Positions 19,324 through 29,908 of a stretch of 64,000 nt of DNA are shown here, piece by piece. Under the pieces are notes generated by a model, which saw only the letters and a list, made by a program, of their open reading frames with translations, searched no databases and had not been told where the DNA came from. The stretch lies in the NCBI GenBank assembly GCA_965277715.1, contig OZ255836.1, positions 3,872,001 through 3,936,000 of the forward strand, written 5' to 3'. Position numbers and translations under genes: made by a program. Origin of the DNA: Gammaproteobacteria bacterium (GTDB taxonomy: Bacteria; Pseudomonadota; Gammaproteobacteria; JBCCGL01). Each line of letters begins with the position of its first letter. Within the stretch, counting starts at the first letter, position 1.

Positions 19324-20799
19324 CTAACGCATAACAAACGGATTCGCCATCGGCTCTGTCGATGTATTAATCCACACCGTCTTTATCGCGGTGTATTCAT
19401 CGATGGCATCAATACCCGCCTCACGGCCAAGCCCGCTTTGTTTGAAGCCACCAAATGGCGCGATAGGTGAAATGGCGCGATAGGTGTTTACCCATACAAT
19501 GCCTGAATGAATGGCGTCGGAGACGCGCAATGCCCGCGAGAGGTTTTCAGTAAACACACCAGCCCCAAGGCCAAAGCGTGAATCGTTGGCCATCGCTATC
19601 GCCTCTGCCTCGGTGTCGAAACTTAACGCCGAGAGAATGGGGCCAAACATTTCCTCGCGCACCGTGCGCACTTGTTGGTGTGGGCAGTCGAGGATGGTGG
19701 GGGTGTAGTACCAGCCATCGGCAAAGCCTTCCGGCGGTTTGCCACCGTGGAGTAGTTTCGCCCCTTCGCTAATAGCGATCTTTACCGATTCGCTAACATG
19801 ATCGAATTGTGCCTTGGTGGCCAGTGGGCCAACTTGTGTCTCTTCACCCAATGGGTCGCCAATGCGGATCTGACGGGCGCGCTCGACCAGTTTCTCCAGA
19901 AAGGCCTCGCGAATGCTGGATTGGATAAAGACGCGTGAACCCGCCACACAGCTTTGCCCGGTAGCGCCAAAATTGCCCGCAATGACGCCGTTGACAGCCC
20001 CTTCAATATCGGCATCCTCAAACACGACGATAGGCGATTTCCCGCCTAATTCCAGGGAGACAATGGCAAAGTTTTCCGCTGTATTTCGCACGACGTGGCG
20101 CGCTGTTTCCGGGCCGCCGGTAAAGGCGACACGGGCGACTTCCGGGTGGCTGGTCAACAGCCGACCACACGGTTCGCCATAGCCGGTGATGATGTTGATG
20201 ACGCCGGGGGGAAACCCCGCCGCTTCGATAATTTTGGCAAATTCGAACATGGGGGCAGGGGCATTTTCTGACGCTTTCAGTACCACGGCATTGCCCGCCG
20301 CTAATGCCGGGCCGAGCTTGGTGGCGGTGAGGAACATTTGTGCATTCCACGGCACGATAGCGGCCACTACGCCAATCGGTACGCGCTTGGTGTAGACGTG
20401 CATATTGGGTTTGTCGATGGGCAGAGTGGCGCCCTGTACTTTGTCGGCAAGGCCGGCATAGTAATAGTAGTAGTCGGAGACATAGCCGGTTTGGGCGCTG
20501 GTTTCCTTGCCGAGTTTGCCGCTGTCGATGGTTTCGATTTTGGCCAGGTGTTGGGATTTTTCAGCGACTAAGTCACCGAGTTTGCGCAACATTTTGCCGC
20601 GCTGGGTGGCGTTCATCTCCGCCCAGGGGCCTTGTTGCATGGCCCTGGCTGCAGCGGCAACGGCACGGTTGACCTCGGGTTCTCCCGCTACGGCACAGGT
20701 GGCCCACACTTCCCCTGTGGCCGGATTGATCGACTCCAGCGTGGCGCCATCTTCGGCATCGCACCATTCTCCGTCGATATACAGTTGATAGTGTTGCAT
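19324..20799 (-). CDS. Aldehyde dehydrogenase, TgnC-like
   Basis: FTGGPETA, LELGGKSP, GQSCVAGSR and EEMFGP motifs; C-terminal PFVMR. Confidence 0.85.
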   Translation of the reverse strand: MQHYQLYIDGEWCDAEDGATLESINPATGEVWATCAVAGEPEVNRAVAAAARAMQQGPWAEMNATQRGKMLRKLGDLVAEKSQHLAKIETIDSGKLGKETSAQTGYVSDYYYYYAGLADKVQGATLPIDKPNMHVYTKRVPIGVVAAIVPWNAQMFLTATKLGPALAAGNAVVLKASENAPAPMFEFAKIIEAAGFPPGVINIITGYGEPCGRLLTSHPEVARVAFTGGPETARHVVRNTAENFAIVSLELGGKSPIVVFEDADIEGAVNGVIAGNFGATGQSCVAGSRVFIQSSIREAFLEKLVERARQIRIGDPLGEETQVGPLATKAQFDHVSESVKIAISEGAKLLHGGKPPEGFADGWYYTPTILDCPHQQVRTVREEMFGPILSALSFDTEAEAIAMANDSRFGLGAGVFTENLSRALRVSDAIHSGIVWVNTYRAISPIAPFGGFKQSGLGREAGIDAIDEYTAIKTVWINTSTEPMANPFVMR

Positions 20800-20813
20800 A
20801 GCCTATACCTCGT

Positions 20814-21638
20814 TTAATTACTCAACCACGCACGCAGGTGGTAAAGCGTTTCATCGACCGCTTCTACTACGCCCATATGCCGCAGGTTTTTTAATATCAC
20901 CAGCGTGGAACCGGGTATATCGTCGGCAATCGCCTGTGACATGGCCGGTGTGGAACCGCTGTCGTATTCACCTGTCATCACCAATGTGGGCACTTTTTCG
21001 GCATCGACGACACCCTGCATGGCAATATCAGTACTGGCAAACAGTTTATAGGCGAGCAGAAAATGCGCCGGATTATTATTCGTCAGCCGCTGTCGAATTT
21101 CCGCTTCGATAGCTGGGTTCTCCCTGAGAAATGCACTGGAGAACCAACGTGCCAACGCTGCATTTATCAATGACTGGGTGCCCTCACACTCGGCTTGCCT
21201 GATGCGTTGATTAATCGCTGACAGTGCTGCTTCACTGCGTTTATACACTGAGTACAACAGCGCCATACGGGCAATGCGTTGTGGGTAGCGTGTGATAAAT
21301 GCCTGTGTGACCAGTGCGCCCAGGGAAAAACCGGCGATGGCGGCACAGGCAACACCTAGGTCGTCAAGCAGGTGCAGTAACTGTTCGGCAAAGTCGTCGA
21401 TTGTCGCCTCGTGAGCGGCGGGGTCGCTATTGCCGTGCCCTGGCATATCGTAACAAACCACACAGTAATCACGGCTCAGATCGGCGGCATGTTGCGCCCA
21501 CAGTGTCCGGTCCAGCCCAACCCCGTGGATCAGTACCACTACTTTACCACTGCCCCTGATGCTACAGGCCGTGCCATTAATTGTGTGTTCACCGTTGCTG
21601 TCAATCCCCAGTGAACTCCAGTGCCTGTCCACACTCAT
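20814..21638 (-). CDS. Alpha/beta hydrolase, TgnD-like by context
   Basis: HGVG, GFSLG nucleophile elbow, GEYD and LRHM motifs. Confidence 0.8.
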   Translation of the reverse strand: MSVDRHWSSLGIDSNGEHTINGTACSIRGSGKVVVLIHGVGLDRTLWAQHAADLSRDYCVVCYDMPGHGNSDPAAHEATIDDFAEQLLHLLDDLGVACAAIAGFSLGALVTQAFITRYPQRIARMALLYSVYKRSEAALSAINQRIRQAECEGTQSLINAALARWFSSAFLRENPAIEAEIRQRLTNNNPAHFLLAYKLFASTDIAMQGVVDAEKVPTLVMTGEYDSGSTPAMSQAIADDIPGSTLVILKNLRHMGVVEAVDETLYHLRAWLSN

Positions 21639-22228
21639 GTGGGACTTTGGTCGGTGCCCATCTCCTCGATATCCTGGTAGCGGTCACCGATGCGGTGATC
21701 GGGTCGGCCACGCGTTGCCGCGCCTAGCGCAATAACGATTTCATCGGGGCCGGGGGCATCTTCAACGGTGAACTCAAGTGTGAGGTAGTGTGAACGCATA
21801 CCGACATCCACCTTGTGCATCATCGGGATTGACATTTTGCTGCCCGCACCACAACGGGTGTTAGTGAAGGATAAGTAGGCAGTGCCGCCGACGGCATCGC
21901 GGTATTTGTTGCCAAAGCGCAGTGTGTGAATCATTCCAGAGGCGTGTTCGATTTCACCGTTTAAACCCACCATTGCCGCCTTGCCATAGGCTTCAACTTT
22001 ATCGCCACCGCCGATAATAGCCAGCAGGCGCGGCACCATAATGTCGCCCAACTCGGGGGCAATGGCGAGAATGTCGGTGCGCAAATCATCGACAAAACCG
22101 CGCCCGGCCCACGGGTTTTGGATAACGGCAGCCACCGCGACCATTATCACCGGAGGGTCGGCAATACGCCCGCCCTCTTTGTGTGTCTCTTCAACGTAGT
22201 TGACTAATTTGCGTAATACTAGTGGCAT
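21635..22228 (-). CDS. DUF1185 'amino acid synthesis' family protein
   Basis: NPWAGR, YGKAAMVGLNGEIEH and DAPGPDEI motifs. Confidence 0.8.
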   Translation of the reverse strand: MPLVLRKLVNYVEETHKEGGRIADPPVIMVAVAAVIQNPWAGRGFVDDLRTDILAIAPELGDIMVPRLLAIIGGGDKVEAYGKAAMVGLNGEIEHASGMIHTLRFGNKYRDAVGGTAYLSFTNTRCGAGSKMSIPMMHKVDVGMRSHYLTLEFTVEDAPGPDEIVIALGAATRGRPDHRIGDRYQDIEEMGTDQSPT

Positions 22229-22299
22229 GGGGAAGTGCTTCTCTTTTGCATAGCGCAGTGGTTCCTGGTGGAAGGGACACCAGGAACCACATTGCTTAC

Positions 22300-24024
22300 T
22301 TATTGTTTTGCACGCATATCGTCGCGGATAAGTGCTTTAACTAATGCGATACCCATCAGAATCATCATCAACGAAAAGGGCACTGCGCCAATAATCATGG
22401 CGGCCTGGATTGCATTTAACCCACCTGCCAGTAACAGCGCACCAATCACCGCCGTGAGAATTAAACCCCACACAATGATATGGATTCGACCCGCTGAGCC
22501 ATATTCACCACCTGCATTGATGGTATTGACGACTAACACAGCTGAGTCAGCCGATGTCACCAGATACGTCAGCAGTAACACCACGATCAATATGGACATT
22601 AATGTAGCAAGGCCGGATGACAGCATGATATTGATGACTTCGTAGAGCTGCGCGGTCAGGCTAGTGCCGTAAATGCTGCCTTGCGCAGTGCCGTTTAGCT
22701 CCAGGTCAATAGCGGTGCCGCCTAGCAAGCTGAACCACAAAAAACACATCAGTGAAGGGGCCAGAATCGCGCCCAGTACAAACTCGCGAATCGTACGGTT
22801 CTTGGAAATACGTGCCAGGAAGATGCCGACAAAAGGGGCAAACGCAATCCACCATGCCCAGTAGAAGATTGACCACCAACCCTGCCATTCACCGGGACTG
22901 CCCGCACCGTCAGCAGGGAAAACAGTAAAAGTCAATGCGGGCAAACTGATGATGTAGTTGAACAGGCCCTTACCCATAAGCTCAAGTGCAAACAGCGTGG
23001 CGCCAAATATCAAGAAGAAAGTCAGTAGACCAAAAGACAGCACCATATTCAGGTTACTCAGCCACTTAATGCCTCTGCCGACACCGGAAAGCGCCGATGC
23101 CGTAGAGCACAACATCACAATGGCCAGGGCCATGAGTAATGATGCGGTGGTGGGTTCACCGTCGGTCACCAGCCACTCGGCACCGGTAATATTGTATAAG
23201 CCGGAGGCAAAAGAGGTAAGGCCAAGGCCGATGGTTTGCGAAATACCGAGTATGGTGGCGACTACAGCGGTGATATCAACGATATGTCCCAGAGGGCCTT
23301 CCAGTTTTTTGCCAAAAAGCGGTGTCAGCGTTGAACGGATAGTTAGTGGCAACCCACGGGAATAGGCGAAAAACGCCAGTGCAATGCCCACCAGGGCGTA
23401 GCAGGCCCAGGCACCCAGCCCCCAGTGCAAAAAGACGTAGCGATAAACCCCGTCAAGCGCCGACTCGGTTTTGGGTATGGACAGGCCCTCGATGGCACTG
23501 ATCGTACCCGCTGCCACCTGTGCATTATAAGTAGCCCAGATATCAGCGCCTTCGGCGAGCGCCACATTGGCCGCAGCCAGTGCCGCTTTTACCGCTTCAG
23601 CACTCATGCGTATTTCCGGGTTATCACTCATATGCCAAATGGGTTCGCCTGTCGCGTACCCCAACATGCCGATACCGATACCGGCGCCAAACATCATTGA
23701 GAACCAGGAGAAATTTGAAAATTCGGGCACGCCGTCTGCGCTGCCCAATTTGGTTTTACCCCAGCTTGGGTGCAGTGCAATTACCAGGCAGACCACAATG
23801 AAAAACATCACTGCCCAGGTATAGTAATAATTGAGGTTGTTGAAAGACCAGTTTTTCATTTCACCGAGTATCTTGCCGGCAGCTTCCGGGTCAATAACGG
23901 CCCATATCACAATTAAAGCAATCAGTATCTTCGATGCCAGGGCAACAATATTGTTGAATCCCTGGTAAAAACCCGATTCCGCTGTATTGATATCGAGTTC
24001 TGTCAGTGGAGGTTGTAATGCCAT
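22300..24024 (-). CDS. BCCT-family transporter
   Basis: SWFSMMFGAGIGIG, HWGLGAW and FYWAWWIAFAPFVG motifs. Confidence 0.95.
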   Translation of the reverse strand: MALQPPLTELDINTAESGFYQGFNNIVALASKILIALIVIWAVIDPEAAGKILGEMKNWSFNNLNYYYTWAVMFFIVVCLVIALHPSWGKTKLGSADGVPEFSNFSWFSMMFGAGIGIGMLGYATGEPIWHMSDNPEIRMSAEAVKAALAAANVALAEGADIWATYNAQVAAGTISAIEGLSIPKTESALDGVYRYVFLHWGLGAWACYALVGIALAFFAYSRGLPLTIRSTLTPLFGKKLEGPLGHIVDITAVVATILGISQTIGLGLTSFASGLYNITGAEWLVTDGEPTTASLLMALAIVMLCSTASALSGVGRGIKWLSNLNMVLSFGLLTFFLIFGATLFALELMGKGLFNYIISLPALTFTVFPADGAGSPGEWQGWWSIFYWAWWIAFAPFVGIFLARISKNRTIREFVLGAILAPSLMCFLWFSLLGGTAIDLELNGTAQGSIYGTSLTAQLYEVINIMLSSGLATLMSILIVVLLLTYLVTSADSAVLVVNTINAGGEYGSAGRIHIIVWGLILTAVIGALLLAGGLNAIQAAMIIGAVPFSLMMILMGIALVKALIRDDMRAKQ

Positions 24025-24505
24025 CGCTATATCCTCAGTTTTATTTTTGATGAGTGAATGTTTATGCTTTGAAAAAACGCCCGGAATTTTTTCCAGAGTT
24101 ACAGCTTTGTTTTCCGCTTGAAATGCACACTGAATTAGATTACATGATTTTAATCATTATCGATATGTGCTGATGAGGCAAGAAAGGGCTTGATCCGCCG
24201 TGAAATATATTGAAAACGACCAATATGTAGCTATTTTTCTATAGCAGTTCAATAGATCTGGTGTACCTATGCTTTATTAAATGGGCAGATAGGTTCCATG
24301 ATATTTATTTGTGTGCAAGTTAATACGTTATATCTAGGCATCTGGCCCACTCGATGAAACAGCGCTGGTACTAGGTGGTCGGTAAGGGGCGCACTACATT
24401 CCCGACCCGAAATTGGTGTTGTAGGCCAATTGTTTTATGCTGAGCGTGTGGGTGCAAAGTACGCCTGTAATCTGTTGTAAATATTAAGTCGAATGAGGTG
24501 TTGTC

Positions 24506-25624
24506 ATGTTAGTCGGTATACCCCGGGAAATTAAAGATAACGAGTACCGTGTAGGTCTGGCGCCTGAGTCGGTGCGTGAAGTCATCTCCCACGGCCACAG
24601 TGTAATTGTCGAAACCAATGCTGGTGGCGGCATCAGTGCCAGTGACGAGGAATACCAGCGTGCGGGTGCCGAAATTGTCGATACTGCCAGTGAGGTATTT
24701 GCCCGGGCTGACATGGTGGTTAAAGTAAAAGAACCACAAGCCGTCGAGCGGGCGATGTTGCGTGAGGGTCAGATTTTATATACCTACCTGCACCTCGCGC
24801 CAGACCCGGAGCAAACCAAAGACCTGGTCAACTCGGGGGCAGTGTGTATCGCCTATGAAACAGTGACCTCCCCTCATGGTGGTTTACCGTTGTTGAGACC
24901 GATGTCAGAAGTAGCTGGCCGTATGTCGATTCAGGCCGCTGCGCACAGCCTGGAAAAACCACACGGTGGTGTCGGTATGTTGATGGGAGGTGTACCCGGT
25001 GTCGATCCGGCAAAAGTCGTGGTAATCGGCGGGGGTGTCGTCGGTACGCATGCAGCCCATATCGCGGTGGGTATGGGGGCTGATGTGTGGGTGCTGGATC
25101 GTTCAAATGAAACGCTGGGACGTCTATGGTCGCATTTTGGCCGCTCACTCAATACAGTGTACTCAACTCGTGATGCGATTGAACGCCATGTGCTGGAAGC
25201 CGATGTTGTTATTGGCGGTGTGTTAATTCCCGGTGCGGCAGCACCAAAACTGGTGACAGCGGAACACGTTAAGGCAATGAAGCCCGGCGCGGTAATGGTC
25301 GATGTGGCCATCGACCAGGGTGGCTGCTTTGCCACTTCGCACGCCACCACCCACAGCGACCCGACCTACGTCGTCGATGGCGTGGTTCACTACTGTGTCG
25401 CCAATATGCCAGGTGGTGTGCCGCGCACCTCGACCTTTGCCTTGAATAATGCCACGCTGGCGGGTGCGCTGGCACTGGCCGATAAAGGCTATAAGCAAGC
25501 GTTGAGTGATGACCCGCATCTGCGCAATGGCCTCAACGTACACTGTGGCGATATTACCTGCAAAGAAGTCGCTGACGACCTCGGTTACACTTACGTCGAA
25601 GCACTCGCATCGATGGCTAAGTAG
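24506..25624 (+). CDS. ald: Alanine dehydrogenase
   Basis: GIPREIKDNEYRV, KVKEP and HYCVANMPG motifs. Confidence 0.95.
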   Translation: MLVGIPREIKDNEYRVGLAPESVREVISHGHSVIVETNAGGGISASDEEYQRAGAEIVDTASEVFARADMVVKVKEPQAVERAMLREGQILYTYLHLAPDPEQTKDLVNSGAVCIAYETVTSPHGGLPLLRPMSEVAGRMSIQAAAHSLEKPHGGVGMLMGGVPGVDPAKVVVIGGGVVGTHAAHIAVGMGADVWVLDRSNETLGRLWSHFGRSLNTVYSTRDAIERHVLEADVVIGGVLIPGAAAPKLVTAEHVKAMKPGAVMVDVAIDQGGCFATSHATTHSDPTYVVDGVVHYCVANMPGGVPRTSTFALNNATLAGALALADKGYKQALSDDPHLRNGLNVHCGDITCKEVADDLGYTYVEALASMAK

Positions 25625-25715
25625 TACGAGATTCGTTATAGTTCGCGTTTGGCCTCAACTCATCCATATGAGTTGGGGCTTTTGTTATTAAATCGATCAG
25701 AAACAGGAGAAGCCA

Positions 25716-27488
25716 ATGGCTCGAATGACCCCCAGTGAAGCGTTTGTAGAAACCCTTGTCGCCAATGGCGTAACAAAAATTTTTGGCATCATGGGTTCCG
25801 CATTTATGGATGCGATGGACATCTTTGCCCCGGCGGGCATTGAATTGATTCCCGTGGTACACGAACAGGGCGCTGGGCATATGGCCGATGGCTACGCACG
25901 CGTATCCGGCAAACACGGCGTGGTTATCGGCCAGAACGGCCCCGGTATTTCCAATTGTGTCACCGCCATCGCCGCCGCTTATTGGGCGCATTCCCCTGTC
26001 GTGATGATCACCCCGGAAACCGGCACCATGGGCATGGGCCTCGGCGGTTTTCAGGAAGCCAATCAACTGCCAATGTTTCAGGAGTTCGTTAAATACCAGG
26101 GCCATGTCAACAACCCTAACCGTATGGCCGAGTACACCGCCCGCGCATTTGACCGCGCCATGTCAGAAATTGGCCCCACCCAGTTGAACATACCGCGTGA
26201 CTATTTTTACGGTGATCTGGATATTGAGGTGCCACAGCCCATGCGCCTCGACCGTGGCCCCGGTGGTGAGCAAACCCTGTCTGAAGCGGCTGATATGCTG
26301 GCCAATGCGAAATTCCCCGTTATCCTCTCGGGTGGCGGTGTTGTTATGGCTAACGGCGTCGATGCCTGTGTTGCGCTTGCCGAACGTCTCGGCTGCCCGG
26401 TGGTTAATTCCTATCAACACAACGACTCCTTCCCCGCCAGCCACCCGCAGTGGTGTGGCCCGCTGGGCTATCAGGGTTCTAAAGCCGGTATGAAGCTGAT
26501 TAACAAGGCTGATGTGGTACTGGCCCTCGGTTCACGCCTCGGCCCGTTTGGCACTCTGCCACAGCACGGCATGGACTACTGGCCAAAAGACGCCAAAATC
26601 ATTCAGGTCGACGCCGACCACAAGATGCTTGGTCTGGTGAAAAAAATCAGTGTTGGCATCTGCGGTGACGCCAAAGCGGCCGCCCTATCACTGACCCAGC
26701 GACTGGCTGACCGCACCCTGGCCTGTGATGCCACCCGCGCCGAGCGCGGCAAGGAAATTGCCGCTGAAAAGGCCACTTGGGAAGAGGAACTCAGCAACTG
26801 GACGCACGAGCGTGACGACTACAGCCTGGACATGATCGAAGAGCAGGCCGGCGAAGAAGGCAACTGGTTACACCCACGCCAGGTACTGCGTGAACTGGAA
26901 AATGCCATGCCCGCAGACAAAATGGTCTCCACCGACATCGGTAACATCAACTCGGTGGCGCACAGCTACCTGCGTTTTGATCGTCCGCGCAGCTTTTTTG
27001 CGCCGATGAGTTTTGGCAACTGTGGCTACGCACTGCCCACCATGATCGGTGCCAAGGCGGCAGCGCCGGAACGCCCGGCAATTGCTTACGCGGGTGACGG
27101 TGCCTGGGCCATGAGCATGAGCGAGCTGCTGACCTGCGTGCGCCATGACATTCCGGTAACGGCGGTGGTCTTCCACAACCGTCAATGGGGTGCTGAAAAG
27201 AAAAACCAGGTCGACTTCTACGGCCGTCGTTTTGTAGCCGGTGAACTCAATCTGAAAGGGGATGAGTGTTTTGCCGATATGGCGCGTGCTATGGGAGCTG
27301 AAGGCAATACCGTCGATCAACTTGATGATGTGGGCGCGGCACTGAAAAAAGCCGTCGATGCACAGATGAATGATGGTAAAACCACGGTATTGGAAATTAT
27401 GTGTACCCGTGAACTCGGTGACCCCTTCCGTCGTGATGCGCTGTCTAAGCCGGTTCGTCACCTCGATAAGTACAAGGATTTTGTGTAG
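25716..27488 (+). CDS. xsc: Sulfoacetaldehyde acetyltransferase
   Basis: MTPSEAFVETL, GDGAW...NRQWGAEKKNQ and ELGDPFRRDA motifs; located between ald and pta. Confidence 0.92.
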   Translation: MARMTPSEAFVETLVANGVTKIFGIMGSAFMDAMDIFAPAGIELIPVVHEQGAGHMADGYARVSGKHGVVIGQNGPGISNCVTAIAAAYWAHSPVVMITPETGTMGMGLGGFQEANQLPMFQEFVKYQGHVNNPNRMAEYTARAFDRAMSEIGPTQLNIPRDYFYGDLDIEVPQPMRLDRGPGGEQTLSEAADMLANAKFPVILSGGGVVMANGVDACVALAERLGCPVVNSYQHNDSFPASHPQWCGPLGYQGSKAGMKLINKADVVLALGSRLGPFGTLPQHGMDYWPKDAKIIQVDADHKMLGLVKKISVGICGDAKAAALSLTQRLADRTLACDATRAERGKEIAAEKATWEEELSNWTHERDDYSLDMIEEQAGEEGNWLHPRQVLRELENAMPADKMVSTDIGNINSVAHSYLRFDRPRSFFAPMSFGNCGYALPTMIGAKAAAPERPAIAYAGDGAWAMSMSELLTCVRHDIPVTAVVFHNRQWGAEKKNQVDFYGRRFVAGELNLKGDECFADMARAMGAEGNTVDQLDDVGAALKKAVDAQMNDGKTTVLEIMCTRELGDPFRRDALSKPVRHLDKYKDFV

Positions 27489-27523
27489 AGGTATATCCTG
27501 TCAGGGTAGAACGAATATTCTAA

Positions 27524-27548
27524 CCCCTCTCCCATCTCGGGAGAGGGG
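27524..27548. repeat. REP-like palindrome
   Basis: cccctctccc-atctc-gggagagggg. Confidence 0.5.
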
Positions 27549-27600
27549 CTTTTAAGATGCCCTTCAGAATAGGGAAAACCATTAGGAAACAGTGAGCGTT

Positions 27601-27828
27601 ATGCCAAAAGTGGATCGGATCAAAACGGAAGTTGGCTTTCACGAAAAGATGTTTTTCGGTGCGCTGGTGGCTATACTGACGCTGTCGGGTTGGATTGCAA
27701 CGCACTACCAAACAACAGATATATTTGTTTTGGTACTGGCAATGCTCGCCTTCTTTGGTATTTGTGTATTTGGCATTGATCAATACAAGCGTATTAAACG
27801 GTTACTGGTGGATTTGGAAGAATGTTAA
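27601..27828 (+). CDS. Small two-TM hypothetical protein
   Basis: ORF with two hydrophobic segments; the start could be 27592 or 27601. Confidence 0.6.
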   Translation: MPKVDRIKTEVGFHEKMFFGALVAILTLSGWIATHYQTTDIFVLVLAMLAFFGICVFGIDQYKRIKRLLVDLEEC

Positions 27829-27923
27829 ATACAATTATTATGTACATTGTTGCTTGTGTATTTGCCGGGTTTTGGTTGTACCTGGCGTGGGATGCGCATA
27901 AAGAGGTTAAGGAAAACCCATAA
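27822..27923 (+). CDS. 33-aa single-TM peptide (MLNTIIMYIVACVFAGFWLYLAWDAHKEVKENP)
   Basis: The ATG overlaps the end of the upstream ORF and a terminator follows. Too short for the ORF track. Confidence 0.45.
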   Translation: MLNTIIMYIVACVFAGFWLYLAWDAHKEVKENP

Positions 27924-27945
27924 AACGATTTGTCTATTTCAAACC

Positions 27946-27971
27946 AAAAAGCCCGCATTAGCGGGTTTTTT
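27946..27971. terminator. Bidirectional Rho-independent terminator
   Basis: aaaaagcccgc-atta-gcgggtttttt. Confidence 0.75.
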
Positions 27972-28002
27972 AGTTTTAGTGCCTGGAGTCCAATAGGTCA
28001 GT

Positions 28003-28989
28003 ATGCAAAACTTCAATGAACTCATCGAACGTGCCAAAGGCACGAAAACCACTATTGTCCTGCCGGAGTCCACAGACCCACGTGTGCTGTCGGCGGCGGA
28101 AAGGTTGTGTAAGCACGGTATAGCGCAAGTGATACTCCTGGGTGACGCTGCATTAATTATGCAGGCTGCCGAGCAGGCGGCGTGCGATATTAGTGGCGTG
28201 CAGTTACTTGATATCGCTGCGCATAGCGAAGCATACGCTGAAACCCTCTTTACCCTGCGTCAACACAAAGGTTTAACACGCGACCAGGCACGTGAGCAGA
28301 TAGCCGATCCCCTGATCTTTGCCAATGTGATGGTGCGGCGTGGTGAGGCGGATGGTTGCGTGGCGGGTGCACAATATCCCACCGCTGATGTTGTGCGTAG
28401 CGCTATGCAAATTGTTGGCAAGCACCCGGATTATTCGCTGGTATCGAGTTTCTTTATCATGCTGTTTGATAAACCTTTTCATGCGTTTTCGGGTACTTGG
28501 TTGTTTGCCGATTGCGCCTTGGTGGTCGACCCTGATGCGGCGCAGCTCGCCGATATTGCATCGGCGACCGCTGATACGGCTAGCAGCCTATTGGGGCTTG
28601 AGCCGCGTGTGGCAATGCTGTCATTTTCAACCCAGGGCAGTGCGCAACATCCCCGTGTAGAAAAAGTCATGGAAGCGACGTATTTGGCCAAGCAACAACG
28701 ACCTGCATACGATATTTTTGGCGATGTGCAGCTCGATGCCGCCATCATGCCGGAGATTCTTGCAAAGAAAGCCCCAGACCTTGTCAGTGATAAAGTCACT
28801 AATGTGTTGGTATTTCCAGATTTGGATGCAGGGAATATTGGTTATAAGCTGGTGCAACGGTTTGCTCAGGCTGAGGCTATTGGGCCGATTTTGCAGGGTT
28901 TGAATAAGCCGGTTAACGATTTGTCGCGGGGATGTAGTGCTGGGGATATTTATAATGTTGCGGTGATTACCGCTATTCAGGCGGCTTAA
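28003..28989 (+). CDS. pta: Phosphate acetyltransferase
   Basis: IVLPES.DPR, FADCA, AMLSFSTQGS, GNIGYK and NDLSRG motifs. Confidence 0.93.
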   Translation: MQNFNELIERAKGTKTTIVLPESTDPRVLSAAERLCKHGIAQVILLGDAALIMQAAEQAACDISGVQLLDIAAHSEAYAETLFTLRQHKGLTRDQAREQIADPLIFANVMVRRGEADGCVAGAQYPTADVVRSAMQIVGKHPDYSLVSSFFIMLFDKPFHAFSGTWLFADCALVVDPDAAQLADIASATADTASSLLGLEPRVAMLSFSTQGSAQHPRVEKVMEATYLAKQQRPAYDIFGDVQLDAAIMPEILAKKAPDLVSDKVTNVLVFPDLDAGNIGYKLVQRFAQAEAIGPILQGLNKPVNDLSRGCSAGDIYNVAVITAIQAA

Positions 28990-29007
28990 TAGCGGGCGGA
29001 TTTTTAT

Positions 29008-29379
29008 ATGCAAACAGAGAAACCCTATACCACCAGTGGTATCAAACGAGTAATCAATGCCTGTCGGTGGTCGATGCATGGGCTGCGGTCAGCGTTTTGC
29101 CACGAGGCAGCTTTTCGTCAGGAGGTGTACCTTTTTATGGTGCTTGCTCCGCTGGGCTTTTGGCTGGGCAATGGTGCGGTTGAGAAAGTGTTGTTGATTG
29201 GTAGTTTGCTGATTGTGTTAGTTGTTGAGCTGATCAATAGTGCGATTGAAAATGTGGTTGATCGCATCGGTGCTGATCGGCATGTGCTGGCAGGGCGTGC
29301 CAAGGATCAAGGGTCGGCGGCGGTGATGGTGGCTGTTGTGTTGGTGTTGCTTACTTGGGGTGTGGTTCTTTTTGGTTGA
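29008..29379 (+). CDS. dgkA: Diacylglycerol kinase
   Basis: EAAFRQE, ELINSAIE and AKDQGSAAV motifs. Confidence 0.93.
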   Translation: MQTEKPYTTSGIKRVINACRWSMHGLRSAFCHEAAFRQEVYLFMVLAPLGFWLGNGAVEKVLLIGSLLIVLVVELINSAIENVVDRIGADRHVLAGRAKDQGSAAVMVAVVLVLLTWGVVLFG

Positions 29380-29452
29380 TAAAAATTAGCGTGTGGGTGA
29401 TAAGGTTATTTGCCCTATTTCTGCTCCTATGCAGGTAATATAGGGTGTTATA

Positions 29453-29752
29453 AGGTTTAACTCGTGATGCTTCAGTGTATTTCTCTATCCTTCCACGGGC
29501 GAAGCTACCGCTCCTGCTCAAGCCTCCTTACCTACATCCTTGTAGGCAAAAAGTAACCAAAAATTCGCTTGGGCTAAATTTTTAGTAGAGGTGTTTAAAC
29601 CTAAATTCCGCAGTTGAATCGTAGCGAGGGCGTCTAAGGTGTTGAAGATGAGTGCGGTACAGGCGGTGAGAATGCCTTGCTAATCAAGACAGTCGTCGGC
29701 AACTGCTCCTGTGTTGCTCTATCTCCTGTGTCCCTACAGTCGTCGGCAACTG
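29453..29752. repeat. Mosaic of intergenic repeats
   Basis: 29453-29492 matches 56474-56513. 29598-29651 is one end of the MITE at 57582-57706. ACAGTCGTCGGCAACTG occurs twice (29689, 29736). Confidence 0.75.
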
Positions 29753-29908
29753 TTTCTGTGGAAAGCAGGCTGACGCTGATTTTTGGTAGTGTGAGGTAGT
29801 GTCTCTGGTGTACTGTCTGCTCAATGCAGGCGTTATTTTTTGAGAAAGATAGCTACTCAGTAGCAACGTTTGTGTTGCCCTGAGTCCTTGCCACTATGTG
29901 GTTGGCCG

